Assembly (NCBI GenBank): GCA_008632985.1
Contig: QPGO01000028.1
Location: 553,598-617,597, forward strand
Length of the DNA: 64,000 nt
DNA from: Psammoneis japonica
Taxonomy: Eukaryota
Direction: 5' to 3'
Position 1 is the first letter of the stretch, and the number at the start of each line of letters is the position of its first letter. A program made the translations under genes and the position numbers. The notes below the pieces were generated by a model that did no database searches, was not told where the DNA came from, and saw nothing but the letters and a program-made list of their open reading frames with translations. This document shows, in pieces, positions 1 through 12,559 of the stretch.

Positions 1-3000
1 TTTCCATCAGGCGCCGCCGCGTCGGCAGGAGCTAGCTTTGGAGAAACAAACTTTGGAGGAACACACAGTCCTCCCAGTGAGTTGAGACTTGTAGCATCGC
101 ATCAAAACCACGGAAAAGTTGTGCTTATGGAGTTCCCACTTTGGGGAGATCAAGACTTTGGTGCCATGGAACTTGGCAGTCCACTTCGATATGTGCTCTC
201 GGTTTCAGAAGACCAAAGAATATCATCAGCGATTGGGTGCTTCAAGCGAAACCTCGAACGACTTCCCGTGTGCATGGACCACGAGTCGAGTCGACTCTGT
301 GCACGCATTGAGACTGGCGCAAAATCCGTATCGCTGACTTGGAGAAGGCAGGGAAGCATGTATATTCTACCAGGTCCTCATCACTCAATTAATGTCGGGA
401 TTTCTATGGTGCATTCATTGGCATCGACCATCTCTGTCGACTCCAAGATGAGCCATCACACATTTGACTCTAATGAAAGGCACTCGAGAGGTCCGGAACC
501 GTATTCTGATATTAGCGTTGTTCCCGTTCCGCTCACTCTGCCAACGCTGAGACTGCCGCGGAATGAAAGTTGTAGTCACGATGAGACGATTGTTGCGTTA
601 ATGTGGTGGCCAGACGATAACTTTGGTGCTCCTCTTCAGCTTGCCGCAATTACTTCCCGTGGTACATTTATTTTGTATGAAATGCCTCCTCCTTGGAGCG
701 TGATTGAGCCTCCCATGCCGAGTTACGACCCTCTTGATCTTTCGACCGCGAGTAGTTTAGCTGGCGGGGACGGTACACCAACGTTTCTTGGAAGCCGAGA
801 CTCGAGTGACGAAGATAGTACCGCGGGGGTCGAACGGAAGGAGTACGAAACAATGATAACGCCACACGTAGATTTTGGAATCGGTTTGAGATTAGAGTCC
901 CAGGCGGAAGGAATGCCTGCAATCGCTGGATCATACAAAAAGAATCCCTGTATGTACTTTTGAATCGTTGACTGATCTTGAAATCTGGGTCATAATTCTT
1001 CTCACTATCCATCCATCACTTTTCGACCTTCCACAGTAACTGGCGGACGATTACCTGCTGAACGAACTGGCATGATAGTTCTTGGTGATGAGCTCGTAGC
1101 TATCAATGGTGTAAGCTTGGAAGGTCGTTCTTTCGATGACATAATAGGGACGGTCCGACGAGTTGGATCGGCAGTAAACCCGGGAGCACCGCTGTGCATG
1201 CGCTTTCGTCCCAATCTATCAAATAGACGCCGTATACATAGCGGCATTACATTCGACGGAGAGGGAAGCCCATCAAGTAAATCCTCTCGACAGAATGGAA
1301 GACGAACGATAGAACAAATATTGGGTGTATCGCCCTCACCAAAGCAACGAAAGAGAAAAGATACTAAAGGCAATGAGTCTGATTCTGATGATAGTCAATT
1401 TTCAGTGCTCGTCGGCGCAGAGAGTGAGATGCAACAAGAGTTCAGTCGAATTGTTGCAATGGTTCGAAATGCCTTGGATATTGGTAACGAAGAATTAAGT
1501 TCGGCGGAAGCACAGTCCCTGATTGAGTTGCTACCATGGCATGTATCCATCGGCACGCCGGATCTAGAGCATGTTCGCGGGGCCGCGTTGCTGGTCTCCG
1601 CCAGAAAGAGTACTCTTTGCACAAAACGCATTGAAGTTGCGGCAGATGGAGATCCTAATAGCGCTCAATGCGTTGACCTCGGTTCTGTTGACCTGCAAAT
1701 CTCGCCAGCTAGCATCCGCAGTCTTGTCGTTGTCAAACCTCGGATAGATGGGTGGTGTCTCGCCGTTTGTGACAGCAATGGAGCTGTCACCCTGGTGTTT
1801 GTTGAAATCGAAGTTGACGCGAAATCAAGCGACGGCAGCGGAAGAACGGCCGGAGCTTCACCCGCTAATCTGCGCGCCGTCTTTCGTTATCACCTTATCA
1901 TACAATGCAACACTTCGTCGAGACTCCTCTATCGAGCAGCATCTGTTGAATTGATGGCAACAATGCCTCAAGGGGAAGCATGTCGAACTCTAACGGTGTG
2001 GTCAGCTTGCCCTCAGGCTGTGGACGTAGACGAAAAAGAGAAGCATCACTCTGCTTACGTTCAGTCACATCTATCCTTGAACGAGGATGCTCTGTCAATT
2101 TCAAGCAATGAGATTGTTGACTTCCGTTTTGTACCTTCTGGCTCTCTGGATTCATTTCCATGGATAGTCTTATTATCACGAACTGCAGCTGTTGTACATC
2201 GTAGAAGTTGCGTGAGCCATTCATGGGAGCCAATCGCTGAAATGGCTTACTCTGGCTTGGCCAATTCTACCCATCAGCCCAATCTCGGGGCTAGAATGCC
2301 TCCTCTGGATAGAATCAAGCACGTGGTGGCATTTGGTGATAGAGTATTGAGTCCTTCTGACGCATTTCCGCATCTGGTTCCAGCTCTACGCGACGCTGTT
2401 TCTGCATGCGACGAACGGAAGAACGTAAGGTCAGATTGGCATCCTGACTCCATCTTGGCGTATGTGTGTACAGAAAGCGAGGGTGCAAAAAGAGGTCTTA
2501 GCCGTAGAGCGCGAGGAATATTCGAATGGCTGTCAAGTTGGATGAGTCAAGATGACCAGAACCACCCCACTTTGAATTTGCAGTTTCCTCTTGGAGTTAC
2601 ACCACTGTCATCGCTTAATGAAGACAGACCCCTGGAGGAAAATCAGGAACAAGCTGATAACGTTGAAAGCGCCGCTAACCTTATGGCGTCCTTTTCGCTG
2701 GCGCCATCTGTCAAACAAACAAAGCCATTAAGCGAAGAGCAGAAACTACTTCGTGAACTGCAGAAAGTGTTATGCCCCGCTCACGCCTCTTCCAAGCACG
2801 AGAACAATGACTCTATCGGCAAACGAAGCAAGGAATTCTTGATCGCAATGGGCCAGCTAACGCAGTCAACCGACGGTGAAGAATCCGGTGGCTTTGATCT
2901 CCCTCCACCGCTGAGGAAATTGAATCGAGACGAGCTACGTCTTCTTTGGGCAATCGGAGAAGTTTTGGCATCTCCTCCTAATTTCAAAGCGTTGGATGTA

Positions 3001-6000
3001 CCAGGGCAGCTTACTTTGTTCTGCACGTCGCTTTTGCGACACATTGATGCCGCTGCAGGTGACGAGGAAGTTTCAACCAACGACGCGTCGTTTGCTACCG
3101 GAAGTCGACCATTATTTTCAATCGGGCATTCCCACCAGCAATCAAGTAAAGTCAAACGAAACAACGCGATCCCGTCGGCCGGGATGTTATCCGCCCTTAT
3201 CAGCGATCATCAAGGTTTTCTCTTGGAACGATGCCGAAGTCCAAATGAAAAGATGGACTGGCCAACAGCCAGACAGTTGCGTTTACCATTTTGGATTCGT
3301 TCGGACTCGGAGCTTCGAAAGATTGCCGAAGAGATTGGTCAGCGCACCTACAAGGATACCAGGGATGTGATGAATGCTGCGCTATATTTTATTGCTGTTC
3401 GGAACATGCGAACGTTGAGAAACCTCGCTGCCACCGATCAGAGCACCAGTGGAAGGACGTTTCTAAAATTCATAACCAATCACGACTTTAGCAGTCAGCG
3501 AGGACGGAAAGCTGCGGAGAAGAATGCGTATAGTTTACTCCGCAAACGACGATACTCGGTAGCTGCTGCATTTTTCATATTGGCAGAACCACCAATGCTG
3601 AAAACGGCGCTGGAAGTAATCGTTAATCAGATGGAAGATTTGGATCTTGCATTCATGATTGCTCGGCTCGTCGAAAATGCCGTTTCTCCCTCACAATCTA
3701 ATGGTGTTCTAGGAGGATTGGCGTCCGGTGGCATAAATCTTCAGGGCATGGGTGGGGGCGGTGGCTTCGCTTCCGGAGGGGTCACACAATCTAGCTACGC
3801 GCAGTTTGCTGAACAGAAATACGTCGATTGGAAGCCAAAACTTGGAAAATGCGCTAGAAAACTGATAAAGGAACGAGGACTTGGCTTGGCCGAATTAGAC
3901 TCATGTTTGAAGGCAACCCAGCTTCTCTGGTTGGGTCGTGTCAATGAAGCCTCATCCTGTCTCGCGGAGCCAGTATACGCGTCTAAGAAGAACGATAGCC
4001 CCCTTCGCGATGCCGTTGTTCCACAGTTGGTTGATCATGACACGAATTCAACACAAGCCGCAGTGAAACAGTTAGTTGGTTCCGCGAATGCAAGAGTCTT
4101 AGAGAAAACAAGTTCGTTAATCAATTTCACGTCGTGCCCCATCATACTGAAGGCTATGCGAGCTCAGACCCGAGAGATATGGGCATCAGCCCTTCTTGTA
4201 TCGCGAGCTCTGGGTCGCCGTGGAATCGAAATTCCTTCTATGCAGCTCTTGCTTGACACCACAGATCCTACCGATCTTGACAATCGTGTGGACACCGAAG
4301 AGAAAATCGCGACGAAGGAGTTGAACGGCAAAGGAAACCAAGCAATTGCTCCTTCAACTTCGATTTTCGATGCGTTCGACGCTCCGAGACCTACGCAAGC
4401 GCCACCGATGGCCACCAGCGCAGCCAGCAGTGACCCAATGACTGCGTCGTCGTCGATCTTTGATACGTTTGACGCTCCACCACCAAAGAAGCCATCGAAG
4501 CCTGCGCAGGCAGCCTCGTCGTCGATCTTTGACACATTTGACGCTCCACCAAAGAAGCCAGCAAAACCTACACATATGCTGACAGCGACGAATGACGTCG
4601 TCAATAACGACCCAATGGCAGCCTCGTCGTCGATCTTTGATACATTTGACGTCCCCACAAAAAAGCCAGCTGCGACTGCCACCGTTTCAACGTCACAGGA
4701 TACAATGACTTCATCAATCTTCGATTCCTTTGATGCACCGCAGGCGAAATCGAAATCGGTTTCCGCACCGAAACAATCGCAGTCTACAGAAATGTCATCT
4801 TCGATCTTCGACTCCTTCGATGCTCCACCGGCACGGAAAGCGCCGACTCCACAACCAGATAAGCAGAAGTCGACGCCCACATTTGCGGAGTCTGCTTCTT
4901 CAGGAAACCCGGCTGCTTCAAGTGAAGACACGGATGACAACGAGGAAGATGCCGATACAGTCTCAATGCCCACGCCGCGGCTGTGGCTAGAATGGCGTGT
5001 CAGTATTATTGAAACATCAGTTGCTCGGCGATTTGTTCGCGAGGTGGCGCGAATCATTTCTCAATTCCATGGTGACGCTCAGGATGACTCCATGAAATTG
5101 TTTCGCCGCCACATCCACCCACTTGTGCCCCACAGCGCTGCCGAAGTTCTACGAACCCATTGTGACGGAGACGCCCTCCTCGGAAGTGTAAGACGTGCAC
5201 TCGATGAACTTTCTGAAATGTCCAGTTTGGGGCAACGATCGATTCTTGATAAGTCACTCGATTTGCTTGCGTGTCAATCTCAGCCAAAACGAATCATCTT
5301 TGCGGTACTCTTGTACGCGGTTATGGGTCGCTCTGACCTGGCCGAAGACGTTGTTAGAGATGTATCGCAGAATGTGATGCAAATGTGCGATGGCGCGGCC
5401 TTGTTGAATGACGACCTCGTGTACAATAGGAAAACTTTTGGGCACATGTCAAGTCAGTACCTTCGGCGGCAAGCCGCACGATTAAGTTGGCAATTGGAGT
5501 TATGCTTGTGGTTGCACCGGGGTGGCACATTCTCATTGTCTTCCACCACGGTGAAAGAAGCAGCTATTGCTGTTCGAATCGCGCTCTTCGTTGCTTCATG
5601 GGGGCGTAGTCATGAATGTATCGAGAAAATGATAAGGTGCGAGCTAGACATGATATCAGACTACGAAGCGGGCCGCCAACTTTGGAGCAGCATGAAGTTG
5701 ATATCATCACCGGAAGAAGACGCAAACAAGGCCAGTGGAGCTACAAGCGGAGGTTGGGAGTTCCTTGTCGACTGCAGTCGAGACGAAGCAACTGACATGC
5801 TCCGAAATAGGCCGCCTGGCAGTTTCATTATAAGACCCCATACGGAAGATCATGGTGTGTTTACTCTCAGTTTCAAGACAAACCTCACTCCAACAGTGGA
5901 AGGAGACGAACATTATACTGCCGACATTGATTCGAACAACCCTGCAGCTATAGGAGGGGAAGAGGCCCCTGGAGGTTTGCCAAAACCAGCGAATGCACGA

Positions 6001-8133
6001 CCGGTCAAGAAGGACGAAGTAGTTCAGCATGCAATTATTCGACTCTCCGATTCCGGTTTCAGGTGCGGCTCATTTGGTCCGTTTTCTTCTTTAATGAAAC
6101 TACTCGAAGCTGTTTCCGGATCGCTGCCCTTTGCGCTTCTGTTCAACGAGCCGCCAACCGAGAGGATCATTCAAGATCTGGGTGGAGGTCCTTCCCCCAA
6201 TTCTTTACTGTTTCGAAAACTTGCACTCGCGACTCACTCAGAATCGCTTCGTTGGAATGCTGCGACGCGCCAGTCCATTTCTTCTCCAACTGATGTCGAA
6301 ACTTCTGGCTCAGGCATTCCTGACGATGTTGATGATGATAAGCAAGACGAAGGTGACAAGGACGAATTCGCGACAATGAGGCGTTTTGGATTGTTTTCGC
6401 TGCTCCTGTCACTTTCAGAAATTCGCAAGAGCGTGTGCGCCGTTGCTGCCGCAGACTTGGATCCCGGCAGAAAAGACGACCAGCCGCACCCGGACGTAGC
6501 AGACATCCCGGTGCGTCCTTTCGACGAAGTGGAGTCTGTTGGTAGCATATCCGATGAATCGGATGATTTTGGCGTTGAGCAGCAATATGCTGATGCTTCG
6601 AGAATAGTGCGACCATTTCTGTCGTGGTGCCGCTTGCTGGAAATCGCAATTGCGTTAGAGCTTGCACCATCGTTGGACGACGTGACGCAAGCGACCGAGG
6701 CAAAGCCAGTCGCATTGACTGCATCAGATACGGCGATCGAGGTCGCACCTACTGATGTCGGAAGTTGCATAGACGGCGGTGATGCCGTGATCAGGCAATT
6801 GATTCAACCAGACTCTGGCGTTGAGTTCCGAACGTTGCGTGTTGGCGAAGGCGGGGATAGCGCTATGTTGGTACTTTTCAATAAGAAAGAGGCCGCTGAA
6901 TGGTTTGTGTCAAGAAATCTGGAGAAGAACGCTGATGATGCGTCGGCACGGTTAGAATTAATGGAGAAGCGACGAGTGATTGAGCAGGTCGATCTGGGTG
7001 AACTAGCCGCAGAGGATGAAGTGCGTTACCGGTTTGTAGATCCTTGGGAGGTTGAGGCGTTGGGTAGCAAGGAAGGCGAAACAATGGCGGCGGCGTTAGG
7101 ACGGGAGCGGTTCTATGAATTCAGTATCGCACGAATTGCCAGTTCCTGCGAGTTCATGCAGAGGTCTCTTGGAGGTCTACATCTTATGGGCTTATGGAGT
7201 GCAGCAAAAGGAGGGGTATGTCTGACGAAGGCAGTTGCTTCGGTTCACCCTCCCTGGGAACGTGATGCCGGCGGTGACCTGCAAATGGTTGGCGGAGTCT
7301 CTGCGGAACCTTCATCCTTTTCCAATAGTATCCGCGAGCATTTATACCGCAATGCTCTTTTTCGAAGACTGACGCTCCCCCAACGTTTCTTGGCTCTCGT
7401 GCAAGTGGAATTGCTTGATTTGAAGAATCTAACATCACCCGGTGGTTCCTCTTCTCTCACCGTGTATGCGCTGCTTCGTCTGAAACGGCCGGGATCGGGT
7501 GCTCCTCTAAGTCTCAAGGCCCGAACCTTGGACAGCTCATGCACTCCACCAACCAAAATCACAAAGACGTCTGGTCCAAACGCACCTGCTTCATGGGGTA
7601 GTTTGGTTCGTTTCAGGTTTCCTCTTCCAGAAGATGTGAATTTCGATGGTATCAGCTTTGATGGCGACAGAGAAGCTCTGTTCAAGGTGTGTATAGCGTC
7701 TCTGTTTTAAGTTGTGGTTTGACAGTGTATCGATCGTTGACCAGATTTCTTTCTCTTTTCAAACTTTCAGGGCCCGCCTTGCGCATTGCAAATTTCGGTT
7801 TACGAGAAGAAGTTCATGAAGGACATTCTCATCGGTGGCGCAGATGTCCAGCTGGACTCGCTCGCGGGTGGACGACAACTAGAAGAGTGGGTGCCATTGC
7901 GTGCAGAACGAGACGGTATCCATTGGTTTGCCCGCATTCGATTGACTCTTCGTTTTGAATTGATGTGCTTGGAAACACACGAAGAAACCACCGAGGAGTC
8001 ACCTCCCAGTGTTGGTTTGAGAAAGATTCAAGAACTCAGCAAACTCGGAGGGGCTCACGAGGATCCAAAGGGCGTCGCCAAGAGCGTGAGTACGCCTGAT
8101 CTTTTGAGTTACTTTGAAAGTATGGTCTACTAG
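1..8133 (+). CDS. RAV1: RAVE complex Rav1 / rabconnectin-3alpha (DMXL)-like protein with extra PDZ, SH2, DEP-like and C2 domains; 5' end lies outside the window
   Basis: Frame is open from base 1. GT-AG introns at 950-1036 and 7687-7770 join the three ORFs in frame (KNP-L-TGGR; LFK-GPPCALQISVY). Rav1p_C-type motifs: WPTARQLRLPFWIRS and DFSSQRGRKAAEKNAYSLLRKRRYSVAAAFFILA. PDZ-like: FGIGLRL...GDELVAING. SH2-like: SRDEATDMLRNRPPGSFIIRP...FTLSF...VQHAII. C2-like: VQVELLDLKNL...QISVYEKKFMKDILIGGADVQL. Confidence 0.8.
4354..4827 (+). repeat. Six copies of an (S/T)SIFD(S/T/A)FD(A/V)P peptide motif in a low-complexity linker of the Rav1-like protein
   Basis: Read directly from the translation of ORF 1072..7710. 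Confidence 0.9.
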
Positions 8134-8802
8134 AGAGAGCAGCGGTTTTTTCAATCGACGATAGTAGTGAGCAAATGTTAAACTAGAGTGGAAGAGACCA
8201 CTGACTGTCATATCATGACTTTCATACCTACTGGATTCTACTAGAGATGGAAGCCTTTCGTGTTCCTGCTCACGCATGCAATGGAGAGTGAACATGGGAA
8301 CATTTCAATATATCCATTGATGGATAGGACCAATGTTTGCTGTACAGCATCCCACCAATCAAAATTGCTCGTGTTGTGCCGCCGATAACATCTCCCCCTA
8401 ATTAGCGACCGTTTCTTCACCAGAAAGAAAACAGTGTCATCCCAACTTCTGTTTGCAAAGAGGTTATAAAAGTGAGTTGATTTCGTTTGATTGTAAGCGT
8501 GCGAAAAAGAGACCATTTTGCAAACATACCGTTCGATCATGCATCGTGCTTCGTGGTGGTTGCCTCGTGCAAGTGATCTTTCTGTACATTTCTACGTGTT
8601 CTTTGGTATGACATTTTCACGTACGATGATTCGTTTCCTTATTTCCCCTGTGCCTACTGCGTGTTTCTCAACCAACCTCTAAAAGAGTAGCCCTACAAAC
8701 AGAACTCATCTTCTTCTCTCTGCTTCTTCGCACAGCCTTTCTCAAAACGAAAACTCCTCGGGAACCTGGCATGAGGTACAGCGTTAATAAAAGAGGCTTA
8801 CA

Positions 8803-11284
8803 ATGACCGACAGAAATGAAGCCCTACCGAAGTCTCCTCTGAGACACTACTTTTCTCAGCGATCTTCCATGCGAATCCGTACGAACGACTTACCTCTGGA
8901 GCCAAATGCCCACGGTTTCTATTCGCCTGCTGGATTCTTTTTTATATTTATTGGTCTGACGGTACCCTTTGCATATATCTACATTTTGTTAATTTTGTTT
9001 CGAGAGCTGTGCATCAACTTTCCCGAGACGTTTTACCAACCTCTTCAGAATTACATCCCATGGCTCGCCAATGTGGTTAGTACCATGCAACAGAGCTCTA
9101 TTTTTGTGGAGGCATGGTGTGTCATTGAGGCTATTTTCTATGTCTATCTGAAACTGAGACTCTCGTGGTTGCAGCATCAGGATGTTTTAGAAGCGAGTTT
9201 GCGTAGTGCTCCCATGCTCGAGTTGGACGAACGGCAAGAATTGTGGGATCGAATGATGGAAACCGAACAAAAGGAGCCAGGGGCTTTTATCTCGGGATGG
9301 TTCTTTGACGAACCCATTGAAGCAATTTCTCTCCACGATGTAAGGGACTTTTGCGCTTGGAGTATGTTTGAGGGTAGAAATCTGGAACACTTGACCAGTG
9401 AGGAGTCGGAGCAATTAGATCGCTTTGTGGAAGACTACGAATACAAAATCAGTGTTCACCTGTACGGATTAGAAGAAAAGAATGAGGAAGAACAGAAAGA
9501 GAACGGCATCATCGATTCGAAATATGAAATGGAGGGACATGTTTTGGCAAAAAGACCGAAAACTACTGATGTAGGTGAATCGACGACAGTCATAGATGGT
9601 CGACCGCCTCCAAAGCAATGTAAGTCATTATGCGCGAACGCGTGATTTTTGCTATTGTCTTCTAAGCGTTGAGCCTTTTTCTAATTCGAATCCTCTGTTT
9701 TGCTTTTCGGGCCTTACAGATTTCCGCTTTCATGAGACAAGTCATGATGAGCACACGAGTTTCTTTACCAACATGTACGAGGACTTTAAACATCGTTACG
9801 AACAATACAAAAATAGGCTAGAGAATTCAGAGTTTCACCCTGTTCAGGACTTGAGAAATTTCATGGCGGGAACCCGACAACATATTGTCGATGCGGAAGA
9901 AAGCGCCGTTGCGACCGCCACAAACATGGCTGAAACCGCAAGCAACATGGCTGAAAATGCCTACCACACGATTGTTGCTCCCGGGTCCGCTGTAGACAAG
10001 CAGCTTTCTGCGATTGGACATGCCACTCATGTACAATTGACAGAAGCTTGGAATTCAGTAAAGGATATGCGAGAACGTATGGAAACCGCCGAATTCCTGT
10101 CGTCTCAACGAAACGCAATTCGACAACGACTCAAAGGCTACCAGCTCTTGTTGAAGCAAATGCGACAAATGTCATCTGCCATGCCGTCTAAGCAAATGGC
10201 CGTTATCATGAGGAAGATCACAGAGTGCAACGAGAACATGGAGCGATTGGAAGTTTCGGCACGGGATGCTTTTTTTAATGCTACTGGATTTGCCCGAAAG
10301 AATCTCTGGCAGCGACGAGAACCACAAAGATACGCCAAGTACTCGTCTGATCCATTGCTGGGGATTTGCACGTATCCTCTGGGCTTTCATTTGTTGATTC
10401 TAGCCTTTACCGAAGGTGGACTGAGATTCATGATGAATCGACGAGGCTTTGTTCGGTTGAGCGAGGGTCCCGTGAATTACTACTACCATCCCGGAAAACC
10501 GTCTCTCGGCAATCGCGAGGAAGCAACGGACAAGACTCCGGTTGTGTTTGTACACGGCATTGGGATTGGATTGATTTATTACATTCCGCTCATTGACCGT
10601 TTGCTGGAGACTGGACAGCCGGTTTTTCTGCCCGAGATTCCTTACGTGACTGGCTTTCGTCCATGGCAAAGCCCGAATTCTGTACTTCCACCTGCTGTTG
10701 TAGTCAGCACATTGACTGGAATGCTTGCCACTCACGGATTCCTTCGTGGCCTCTTCGCGGGTCACTCTTATGGAACGTCTTGGTTGAGCTACATGTGCAA
10801 GTATGCCCCGGATGCTGTGGCAGGAGTTGTATTTTTGGATCCCATTTGTTTTTGCCTTCACATTCCCCGATTAACCAAGAAGTTTGTATACCACCGTGCG
10901 GATCCTGGGGTCATTAGTTACATGATTCGAACAGACATGATTATCAACTGCACAATCCAGCGAAGCTTTCCGTGGGCTCGTATTGTTTTGTTTTCCGAAC
11001 AAATCAAAGCTCCGTGCTGTGTGTTTTTGAGTGCTCAAGACGAATTGTGTCCTGCTCTCAAGGTGGAAGAGTACCTTGGTAGCAAGGGTGCACCCGTCAA
11101 GGACAGCGTTGATGCTGATCCGGATCATTTTGCAACTGATCTGAATGTAACCGTCTTTCGAGGCATGGGTCACGGCGACTGGTCCGAGCGAGCACCGGAT
11201 GTGTCTTTAGTTGCAGACTGCGTTAATGTCATGTGCAACCGCCTCGAAGTCAACGCTATAACAGAAAAAAATAGAGAAACGTGA
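8803..11284 (+). CDS. Membrane-anchored alpha/beta-fold hydrolase, two exons
   Basis: Intron 9620-9719 (gtaagt...ttacag) joins ORFs 8803.. and 9596.. in frame. Motifs PVVFVHGIGIG, nucleophile elbow GHSYG, FLDPICF and a C-terminal GHG. Hydrophobic N-terminal segments. Confidence 0.85.
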
Positions 11285-11440
11285 GGCTTAAAAAATTGCA
11301 GTTTCTCTCTCTAAAGATTTAACAAGAAGTCGAGTGTGGGTTCCGGCCTCCATGCGTCCTGGCTCCAAGGGTTTACAAGCAGCTCAGCTTAGAAAAAAAA
11401 AAAAAAAAACAGAAAAAAAAATCATTATTTTTAGGAACAG

Positions 11441-12277
11441 TCAAAAGAGAACTTGTGCAGGTCCGCGCAATCTGAACACATCAGCCATTCCACAGTGTGT
11501 AACATGCTTCTTGGCTTCAACATAAACCCCAAGCTTTTCTACCCCATTTGAGTCTCGCAACTTCACAGCACCAGCACCCATGGCGGGATCTGGATGGACC
11601 TTGCAATGGCATGTCTGCAATCCATGCTTCTGGTTGAAAACCCCAACTTTGACCCCAATCTGTTGCAAGAACCTGGGGTCAACGACCGGGAGGAACACAA
11701 GCTTGTCGGTAGGAGGCAAAACTGTTCCGCGTCCATGGTGATGGCTGTGGTGCACTGCACCAGCACAAGGAAAGTTCTGTGTCAAATTAAATGCTGCAAC
11801 ACCGTGGCAGGTGCCATCATTGTGCTTGACAAATGAAAGGGTGCCGCTGTTGCCAGGCTCACCATGGTTGAGGCAGAACCCCACCAAAAGCCATCAGAGC
11901 ATCCGTTGGGGTGATCATTGATGATTGAGCCATTGCAGCTTGAAACGGCACCAAAGAGACCACGTCCAACAAGTTGAGATTGTTGGCTCTCTTCTTGCGT
12001 CTGTGGTGATCAGGGGCTTGCATTCTGGAATTCTGCCATTGGCGGCGTCAATCACAATGATGTTTTTTGATGCAGGGAGTGGATTTTTAAAGTCTCGATG
12101 ACATGGGTTGACCAAGTGCACCCACCCCAAGAACACCCAATTGGCGAATCAATTCCAGCAGTTTGACAAAGACATGAGGTTTGTCTGTTGGTGAATTTGT
12201 TGACATCACCGACAGAGCACACAATGAGCAGCACCAACGATGGTGTTCTTTGCTCCACCAAAATGGTTGAACCACAG
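11441..12277 (-). pseudogene. Decayed, TpA-depleted coding remnant interrupted by the copia element (it appears to continue at about 19335-19750); weak resemblance to a trypsin-like protease GxSG motif
   Basis: Protein-like frame containing GEPGNSGTLSFV...GVAAF. TpA is nearly absent. Identity is uncertain. Confidence 0.3.
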
Positions 12278-12553
12278 TGACAGAAATTGAAGGCAAATGG
12301 CAAGAATTCAAACAACAACTCCTTGCTGCTGTCTAAATGGCAGATGAGTCTCCGCTCAGAGACCGTTGCAGGAGCCGAAAGACGTGCAAGTCGGCATGAT
12401 CGGGCTGCTGTTGTCATTCTTGTGAGCCTTGTGGCTCGAAAGCAAACTACATCGTGCGCAAACGCGCGGAACTAAAGCACACAAAACTGTGCGCGGCAAA
12501 CTAAACAGTGCGCGACATTTCGCGCGCACCCAAATCCTGTTCAAATCCTGTCA
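12278..12553 (-). repeat. 3' LTR of the copia element
   Basis: Direct repeat of 19059-19334 with TG...CA ends. Confidence 0.95.
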
Positions 12554-12559
12554 CTCCCC

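Noticed and set aside
4164..5057. 297-aa antisense ORF and other ORFs overlapping real genes (e.g. 44466..45557)
   Set aside because: These are shadow frames of coding or low-complexity sequence with no independent motifs.
11335..11421. 3' end of a LINE/SINE with a poly-A tail
   Set aside because: The A-run is present, but I found no convincing TSD or recognisable element body.
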